From positions 1 through 64,000 of the IMG/VR virus record IMGVR_UViG_3300037234_000438: 64,000 nucleotides of DNA. The stretch is one strand, 5' to 3'. The position numbers and the translations under genes were made by a program. Numbering within the stretch: the first letter of the stretch is position 1; every line of letters starts with the position of its first letter. A model generated the notes under the pieces. That model was not told the DNA's origin, made no database searches, and saw nothing but the letters and a program-made list of their open reading frames with translations. The stretch comes from a virus. Shown in pieces: positions 57,538 through 64,000 of the stretch.

Positions 57538-57803
57538 TGGCAAAATGGAAAGACAGATCAAAGGTGTGCGCGGCCCCAGAGATAGTAGAATCCGAGATAC
57601 GTCTCGGGATATTCAGACTGACAGTTCATAGACATATCCACCATGAACCCGACGTGTGGCTGGCCTCCTGCTGCGGACTATTTGATCAAGCCGTGCTCGA
57701 AAGCAAAGACCTGTCGGAAGCTAAGTGTCAAGCTGCATCAAAAGTGAGGATGATTTTAGAGGCGGCTCTTAAAAATATAGATGCAGGAGATGCTGATGGA
57801 TAA
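57537..57803 (+). CDS. hypothetical protein
   Basis: 88-aa coupled ORF. Confidence 0.55.
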   Translation: MAKWKDRSKVCAAPEIVESEIRLGIFRLTVHRHIHHEPDVWLASCCGLFDQAVLESKDLSEAKCQAASKVRMILEAALKNIDAGDADG

Positions 57804-58221
57804 AAAGATCATATCATTCACGATTCACCAGAACCCGGTCCCTCAGGGCCGCCCAAGGTTTGCATCGAAAGGGAGGGGTGGAAAGCCTCTTCCTTTTGTT
57901 AGGACTTACGACCCTGCCAAATCTAGGGATTGGAAGAAGGTGGTTGCGGAGCAGGCTATGTTAAGTGGGGCCAACGTCTTGCTGGAGGGACCCCTTAAGA
58001 TGGTGATGACATTCAGGCTGGCACGCCCCAAGTCTCTGCCGAAGAAAACAATTTATCACATTAAAAAGCCTGACGTATCCAACCTTGCTAAGGGAATCGA
58101 AGACGCACTTGAAGGCTTTTGCTATCCGAGAGATCAGCAGATTGTCGAATCTCATCTTTTCAAGGAATACGAGAGGGCAGGATTTCCTCCATGTGTAATC
58201 ATCACTATTGAGCAGATATGA
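57796..58221 (+). CDS. rusA: RusA-family Holliday junction resolvase
   Basis: PVPQGRPRF, KKPDVSNLAKGIEDALEG...DQQIV. Confidence 0.88.
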   Translation: MDKKIISFTIHQNPVPQGRPRFASKGRGGKPLPFVRTYDPAKSRDWKKVVAEQAMLSGANVLLEGPLKMVMTFRLARPKSLPKKTIYHIKKPDVSNLAKGIEDALEGFCYPRDQQIVESHLFKEYERAGFPPCVIITIEQI

Positions 58222-58323
58222 AGAATTTACGCATGCAGAACACCAAAGCCTTAAATGAATTAATCTCTATATGTTGGCTGGTGGTGATTATTTTCATCCT
58301 AACCCAGTTGGAATTATTAATTA

Positions 58324-58375
58324 TTGACTTCGGATGTTTCTGGTGGTAGGATTTGCCTACACATCAGAAACATCC
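58324..58375 (+). promoter_or_regulatory. promoter overlapped by a long inverted repeat
   Basis: TTGACT-N17-TAGGAT; GGATGTTTCTG (58332-42) / CAGAAACATCC (58365-75). Confidence 0.55.
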
Positions 58376-58545
58376 ATCCTTTAACTCTGTAGCAGGGGAA
58401 AGCAGATGAAACAATATTTCAAATCAATAGAGGTCATTTCGAGTGCCGGGTTACCGGAACGGCTATCTACATCTGCACCGTCTGCTAACATTCGAAGTGG
58501 CCTTTATCGATTCGAGATACCACTTATAAGTCAAAGCGACTACCT

Positions 58546-59367
58546 ATGAGAAGAAAGCATAAAACAGGACTAGACTACTTTTCTTTTGATGTTGATTTTT
58601 TCAACGATGAGAAGATTGAATTTGTTTCTGCAAAGTATGGTCTTGTTGGAGAATTAATTGTCGTAAAGTTGCTTTGCCGGATATACCGAAATGGATATTT
58701 TTTGCAATGGGGAGAAGATGAATGCCTGTTATTTGCGAAGCGATCTGGTGGAAATATTGACGTTGAAATGGTGAAAAATGTAGTCGATGAATTAGTGGTA
58801 AGGGAGTTTTTCCATGGGCAGATTTTTAAGGATTTTAGCGTTTTAACCTCCAATGGGGTCCAGCGAAGATTTTTGGAAGCAACCAAGAGGCGAAAAGATG
58901 TCGAAATGACACAAAATTACTTAATTGCAGACATTGATGGCTACGATGTGAACATTGTTTCTTTAAATGTAGACATTTCTGCACAAAGTAAAGTAAAGGA
59001 AAGTAAAGTAAAGAAAAGAAGTAAAACCTTCTGCTCGGATTCTGTCGAATTCCGGCTCGCAGAATTTCTCCTGAAAGAGATCAGAAAAAATAATTCCAAC
59101 TTCAAAGAGCCCAATCTGCAAACTTGGTCTAGGGAGTTTGATTCGATGATCAGGATAGACAAGAGAGACCCTAAATTGATCGGGAAAGTTATCCGGTGGT
59201 GTCAGGAAGATAATGTGCCTGACCATGGGAATTTCTGCTGGGCCACGAATATCTTATCTGCCGGCACACTTAGAAAAAAATACGATATGCTTGTTATGAA
59301 GATGAACACGGGGAATGGAGGATCGGTAAACACCTCCCATTCGGCCCTCAACGGAGCGATACTGTGA
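58546..59367 (+). CDS. replication initiator, DUF4373 (Lin1244/Lin1753-like)
   Basis: GLDYFSFDVDFFNDEKI...LTSNGVQRRF; QSKVKESKVK linker; FCWATNILSAGTLRKKYD C-terminus. Confidence 0.8.
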   Translation: MRRKHKTGLDYFSFDVDFFNDEKIEFVSAKYGLVGELIVVKLLCRIYRNGYFLQWGEDECLLFAKRSGGNIDVEMVKNVVDELVVREFFHGQIFKDFSVLTSNGVQRRFLEATKRRKDVEMTQNYLIADIDGYDVNIVSLNVDISAQSKVKESKVKKRSKTFCSDSVEFRLAEFLLKEIRKNNSNFKEPNLQTWSREFDSMIRIDKRDPKLIGKVIRWCQEDNVPDHGNFCWATNILSAGTLRKKYDMLVMKMNTGNGGSVNTSHSALNGAIL

Positions 59368-61259
59368 TCGATATATCCGAAATAAATAGAAGACTGAACA
59401 GCCAAGTTGAGTCCGTGTGCAGACATCTCCTACCCAACGGAAACATTAATGGCAGAGAATGGACTGTTGGCTCTATTGCTGGAGAGCCAGGGAAGTCTCT
59501 CAAGGTTTGCCTCTCTGGGGACAAGCTTGGCGTTTGGGCTGATTTTGCGGCAGGAGAAGGCGGAGACTTAATTAAGCTTTGGTGTGAAGTGAAAGGCCTT
59601 TCTGTTGGGGATGCTCTGCGAGAGATCAAGAATTATCTCGGAATACACGAGACCGACTTCGAGGGCAAGAGAAACAAGAAGTGGAGAAAGCCTGAAGCTC
59701 CCAAGAATGTTAAAAAAGTCCAGCCGCTGTCTCCAGTCATGAAGTATCTCCAGGAGGAGCGGAAGATCACAGCCGATTCAATCCGAGAATTCAAAGTTAA
59801 AGAGTGTGAAGAGATTGGCCCTTGGAAGGGATGGAAGAAACAGAGCCCATGGAAAGGGCCTTGGATTGTTCTCCCGTTCCTGGACAGAGATGAACTCCTA
59901 AGTATCAAATATCTCCATCTCAAAAAAAGGGATGGCAAAAAACAGACAATGGTCGAGGCTAATTGTCGCCCGTCGCTGTTTGGGTGGCAAGCCCTTGATT
60001 CAGACGAGCGCACAGTTGCTATCTGTGAAGGGGAGATAGACTGCATGACTTTGTACCAGTACGGCGTCCCAGCGCTATCTGTCCCGTTTGGTGGAGGCGG
60101 CGGCAAGAAACAGCAATGGGTTGAGTGCGAGTGGGAGAATCTCGAAAGGTTTGAAACAATATACCTCTGCATGGACATGGACAGGGAAGGGGACGTCGCA
60201 ACCAAAGAGCTTATCACACGCCTCGGCAGACATCGGTGCCGCATTGTTAAGCTCCCACACAAAGACGCCAATGAATGTCTCCAAAAAGGAGTTGCTGCGT
60301 CAGTCATTAGCAAATGTTTCGATAGTGCGCAGACCCTTGATCCTGAGGAGCTGAAGCCGGCACCAATGTACGAAGATGCCGTAGTTGAAGAGTTCTACCC
60401 TTCGGGAGGCGTCACTCCAGGCTTTGAGCTCCCGTGGAAGAAACTAAAGGACAAGATTAAGATTAAACCTGGGGAGCTTTCAATCTGGACTGGTTGGTCG
60501 GGTCACGGGAAAAGCTTGACGCTCGGCCAGGTTATGCTTGCTGGGGCCTGCCAGGGAGAGAAGGTGTGCATAGCCTCTCTCGAGATGCATCCAAGAAAAA
60601 CTCTCAGTAGGATAACTAGGCAACTTTCCAACAAAAAGACACCGCCTCGAGCAGATATCTCTAGCTGCTTCCAGTGGTACGATGGGAAGTTTTGGATCTT
60701 CGATCTTCTTGGAACTGCCAAGGCTGACCGGATAGTTGAGGTTTTCAGATACGCCTATCACCGGTACGGAGTGAAGCAATTCGTGGTGGATAGCTTGATG
60801 AAGTGCGGGATCGCAGAGGATGACTATAATGGCCAAAAGAATTTTATCGACACGCTGATGGATTTTTCTCACGAGACCGGTGGGCATGTTCATCTCGTTG
60901 CCCATTCCAGGAAAGGCTTAAGCGAAGAAACCATCGTTGGTCGTCTTGACGTTAGGGGTGGAGCTTCCATTACGGACCTCGCCGACAATGTTTACTCTAT
61001 TTGGAGAAATAAAAAGAAAGCCACGGATTTGGCGACAATCGAGAGCGGCGGCACGGTTAAGGGGATGTCCGAAGCCGAGGTTCAATCTCAGCCAGATTGT
61101 CTCTTTATCAGCGATAAACAGCGAGATGGCGGGTGGGAAGGCAGGGCCGCATTATTTTTCGATCCTGAGTCGGAGAGATATTATGATAATTTCAACTACA
61201 AAGGCTTAATGTTTGGAACAATGGAAGACGTGAATGGGGAGGAGGACTGGAATGAGTAG
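59364..61259 (+). CDS. primase-helicase (TOPRIM + DnaB-like, T7 gp4/Twinkle type)
   Basis: ICEGEIDC, MDMDREG, KDANE; Walker A GWSGHGKS; VVDSL; LVAHSRK; DVRGGASITDLADN. Confidence 0.92.
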   Translation: MIDISEINRRLNSQVESVCRHLLPNGNINGREWTVGSIAGEPGKSLKVCLSGDKLGVWADFAAGEGGDLIKLWCEVKGLSVGDALREIKNYLGIHETDFEGKRNKKWRKPEAPKNVKKVQPLSPVMKYLQEERKITADSIREFKVKECEEIGPWKGWKKQSPWKGPWIVLPFLDRDELLSIKYLHLKKRDGKKQTMVEANCRPSLFGWQALDSDERTVAICEGEIDCMTLYQYGVPALSVPFGGGGGKKQQWVECEWENLERFETIYLCMDMDREGDVATKELITRLGRHRCRIVKLPHKDANECLQKGVAASVISKCFDSAQTLDPEELKPAPMYEDAVVEEFYPSGGVTPGFELPWKKLKDKIKIKPGELSIWTGWSGHGKSLTLGQVMLAGACQGEKVCIASLEMHPRKTLSRITRQLSNKKTPPRADISSCFQWYDGKFWIFDLLGTAKADRIVEVFRYAYHRYGVKQFVVDSLMKCGIAEDDYNGQKNFIDTLMDFSHETGGHVHLVAHSRKGLSEETIVGRLDVRGGASITDLADNVYSIWRNKKKATDLATIESGGTVKGMSEAEVQSQPDCLFISDKQRDGGWEGRAALFFDPESERYYDNFNYKGLMFGTMEDVNGEEDWNE

Positions 61260-61421
61260 GATAGAAATTTGGATAAAAATAATGGACAGTCTCGACATAT
61301 CAAAATGGTCGCATAGGCGCTTTGGAAACGCAGCTCATTTCATTTTATTCCCAATTATCACGTTTAAAGCCAGGTGGCAGAAGTTGGTGCGTAAAACAAA
61401 GGCAGTGATTGAGGATTTGCC

Positions 61422-61634
61422 ATGGACACAGTAAGCAACCTCCACAATCAGACAACCAAACGCATAAGCGAAGGGATGCTCCCTGGCGGCTACGCTAAAC
61501 TCAAAGAGACATATCCCAAAAATCTCGCAGCGACCGAGAAGGCCCTCGAAGATAATTTTACTGAAGAGGGTATTGCGAAGTACGAAGCGGCAATAATTAA
61601 AGGACTTAAGAAGGTGGACTTGTGGAAGAACTAA
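61422..61634 (+). CDS. hypothetical protein
   Basis: 70-aa ORF, GAGGA RBS. Confidence 0.5.
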   Translation: MDTVSNLHNQTTKRISEGMLPGGYAKLKETYPKNLAATEKALEDNFTEEGIAKYEAAIIKGLKKVDLWKN

Positions 61635-62164
61635 AGAACTTACTAACACTTAATACCGAGTCAGAGAATCCAGCTCACGAGCTCTACGGTAAACTTCGGC
61701 ATGCGAAAAACATGGTAGGGGCTGGGATTTTCGGAATGGGCGCCATCTTGTCCACGATGAAGAAGTACGAACTATGGACGGGATACGCGCAGAGCTGGAG
61801 AGAGTTCTGTGCCGCCGAGGCCCACTCGTATAGCCATGCACAGAACTGTATCAGGCTCTACGATAAGTATGTAGGCGAGCTCAAGCTATCTGAAGACGTC
61901 ATAGAGCAGCTCATCTGTAGAGATTACACTTGTCTAGGCGAAGTCTGTAAGGTGATAACTGTCGACGACGCAGAAGAGTGGGTGCATAAACTCTTAACCC
62001 TTGGCCGCCAAGATATAATCAAAGAAGTTCGATCTGCTCAAGGAAAAGAAGAAATTAATAAATCTGAAGTTGATAAAATCGTGCTCCTTTATTTCAGCCT
62101 TGCCACATGGGAGGAGCGGGCCGAGGTAAAACGAATTATCGAAGAGAGGGAAAGTAATGACTGA
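61622..62164 (+). CDS. hypothetical phage protein
   Basis: 180-aa ORF; ELW..YAQSWREFC pattern. Confidence 0.6.
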   Translation: MEELKNLLTLNTESENPAHELYGKLRHAKNMVGAGIFGMGAILSTMKKYELWTGYAQSWREFCAAEAHSYSHAQNCIRLYDKYVGELKLSEDVIEQLICRDYTCLGEVCKVITVDDAEEWVHKLLTLGRQDIIKEVRSAQGKEEINKSEVDKIVLLYFSLATWEERAEVKRIIEERESND

Positions 62165-62473
62165 GAAATTTATATTCAATCCGTTCAAGAACGTCCCACT
62201 AAACACTTTAAAGGTTTACGTGAGAGGAATAACTAACACAGGATGTCAAGTATTCCTGCCGATCAATAATTTCGATCATGAAATTCAGATAGAAAGAAGA
62301 GATGAATTGCAAAGATATCTCTACGCTACGACGTCACATTTGCGAAGTTGCCCGCCAGATAGCACTTAAATATTACCACAGGTCACCATTTTGCGGCATA
62401 GGATCGCAAAGCTCGGCATAGCGCATAGAAGGGGTAGGGGTTTTAGTAGAAAACGGATTGAGGAGGATTTTCA

Positions 62474-63094
62474 GTGAGCGATTATTACGATATTTTGGGA
62501 GTTGGGGAAAAAGCTACACTTAAAGAAATCAAAAAGGCTCATAGGAAATTAGCTTTTAAATATCATCCCGACAAGAACAACCACGTTACAACTCGGGAAT
62601 TTCTCGACATCCAGAGAGCCTACGAGGTTTTATCTAATCCTAAGTCTCGGGCAATGTACGACGAGCATGGTTTCGCTCAAACGGACGATCTATTTAGGAG
62701 AATGACGGAGCTTGCCGCAAGCGTAACGGCACATGTTCTCCTGAAAGAGCACGTCCAGCCTGATCTCTATATCAACGAGGTGGAGAGACAGCTCAAACAT
62801 GCCCTCGATAAGCACGCCGAGAACCTCGAACAAATCAACGGGCAATACGAAACATTGGTGGCTCAGAAAGAAGTTCTTGAGCTAAAAAACAAGAACGGCC
62901 TGGACATTATGCGCATGGCCATTGATAATCTAATAAACGGGAGGCGGGCAGAGCTGTTAGTAGCCAAGCAACACGTTGATACTCACGAAGCCCTCTTAAA
63001 GCTTGTCGAGAAGTATGTGAAGGGAGAGGCCCCTAAAGCTGCACATGTTGTTTTTAATATAAACACTGGGTCAACCACAGGAGGTTGGGGATGA
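62474..63094 (+). CDS. J-domain (DnaJ-like) protein
   Basis: DYYDILGV...IKKAHRKLAFKYHPDKN...AYEVLSNPKSRAMYD with intact HPD. Confidence 0.9.
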   Translation: MSDYYDILGVGEKATLKEIKKAHRKLAFKYHPDKNNHVTTREFLDIQRAYEVLSNPKSRAMYDEHGFAQTDDLFRRMTELAASVTAHVLLKEHVQPDLYINEVERQLKHALDKHAENLEQINGQYETLVAQKEVLELKNKNGLDIMRMAIDNLINGRRAELLVAKQHVDTHEALLKLVEKYVKGEAPKAAHVVFNINTGSTTGGWG

Positions 63095-63357
63095 ATCGAA
63101 AAGACGTCGCGTTCGAGGTTGCCGATAGGCTGGGCGAGAAGCAGACAACTGTTCGGCGCTTCATGGATCAGATCTTCGATGTGATCAGGGAGAGCCTGTC
63201 GGACAATGAGACTGTAAAAATCAGAGGATTCGGAACGTTTAAGCCTACAGTGCTTACTGCCAGGCCAGCGAAAAGACTGCCTACAGGAGCAAAAGTCTTT
63301 GTGCCAGAGAGGATAGTGCCTAAGTTTGTTCCGTCGTCTGAGTTTGATGAATTGTGA
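63091..63357 (+). CDS. HU/IHF-like DNA-binding protein
   Basis: MNRKDV...VKIRGFGTF...PTGAKVFVPERIVPKFVPS. Confidence 0.88.
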   Translation: MNRKDVAFEVADRLGEKQTTVRRFMDQIFDVIRESLSDNETVKIRGFGTFKPTVLTARPAKRLPTGAKVFVPERIVPKFVPSSEFDEL

Positions 63358-63385
63358 CTGTTTTGGCTAAATGGCTGGCTGAGTA

Positions 63386-63682
63386 GTGAAAAGGAGGGTT
63401 GAAATGTTGAGAAGATTACTTGAAAAATTAAAGAACGTGTGTGGCCAGTCCGAATTTCAGCGTGTGGCTATACGTTTTGACCCACAAGAGCTTGTGATTT
63501 ACAACGCAGAAGTGTCACGAGGGATAGTGCATTCTGCGGAATTTAAGGAAAGAATGGCCGTGTTGCAAAAAAGATTTGACGAAGAAATGGAGCAGTATTG
63601 CGAAAAAAACAACCTCACAAAAATACCTTTTATTCTCGGTGAAAGGACGGGCACTATTTGTGAATATCAAGAAAGTAAATGA
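63386..63682 (+). CDS. hypothetical protein
   Basis: ORF with AAGGAGG RBS. Confidence 0.5.
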   Translation: MKRRVEMLRRLLEKLKNVCGQSEFQRVAIRFDPQELVIYNAEVSRGIVHSAEFKERMAVLQKRFDEEMEQYCEKNNLTKIPFILGERTGTICEYQESK

Positions 63683-63696
63683 ATGGATTGCGTGAG

Positions 63697-63752
63697 CATA
63701 ACGGAAGGAAATAAACTGCGCGGAACGCGTCTGCTTGATTGGAGTGGTTATG
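63697..63752 (+). repeat. attC-like imperfect palindrome
   Basis: CATAAC ... GTTATG; right arm CGTCTGC shared with the 23476 element; tail AGGCG(C/T)GATTATTAA shared with the 23769 element. Confidence 0.45.
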
Positions 63753-63777
63753 AGGCGCGATTATTAACGGAGGGCAT

Positions 63778-63975
63778 ATGACAGAAAGCGAAATAAATAT
63801 AATAGCAGAGAAGGCCGCCGACATCGTAACGAAACGGATAGAGGGCGGGAAGATAGAGTTGACCGAGAAGTTAATTGACTTGTTATGGAGTGCGCCACTT
63901 CCTAAAGCGCAAGAAGATTACAAAAAAGAGCTGGCCGGCAAAACATGCGGTGAGATATTTGAGACCTTGCTATGA
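63778..63975 (+). CDS. hypothetical protein
   Basis: 65-aa ORF, GGAGG RBS. Confidence 0.5.
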   Translation: MTESEINIIAEKAADIVTKRIEGGKIELTEKLIDLLWSAPLPKAQEDYKKELAGKTCGEIFETLL

Positions 63976-64000
63976 GCTGGAACTGTAAGAAATGTGGACA

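Noticed and set aside
1-64000. tRNA or rRNA genes
   Set aside because: No cloverleaf with a T-loop GTTCRA and matching acceptor stem was recognised by eye; tRNAscan-SE would be decisive.

Overview
This window is a 64-kb segment of a tailed dsDNA phage (siphovirus-like) or prophage. The GH24 lysozyme plus a lipobox protein suggest a Gram-negative host. There are three blocks. (1) 1-24.2 kb, + strand: an early/accessory region of many small ORFs, a SpoU RNA methyltransferase, a MoxR-type AAA+/vWA-metallopeptidase pair, a retron-type reverse transcriptase and a tyrosine recombinase. (2) 24.3-52.3 kb, - strand: the morphogenesis and lysis operon (portal, S49 protease, decoration, capsid, neck, tail tube, frameshifted tail chaperone, tape measure, tail tip, fibres, holin-like, HNH, lysozyme). 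No terminase is visible. (3) 52.5-64 kb, + strand: recombination and replication genes (Cas4-like nuclease, HNH, RecT-like, RusA, DUF4373 initiator, primase-helicase, DnaJ, HU). The standout is a compact retron-type RT (13200-14051) surrounded by nine distinct retron-like ncRNA units (12884-16403). Each unit has its own a1/a2 inverted repeat, an unpaired G followed by TC, a covarying hairpin with a YGNWTCG loop, and a different structured cargo. I interpret this as a phage-encoded multiplexed retron array, with one RT probably making many msDNAs. All structure calls were made by eye and nothing was computed or searched.
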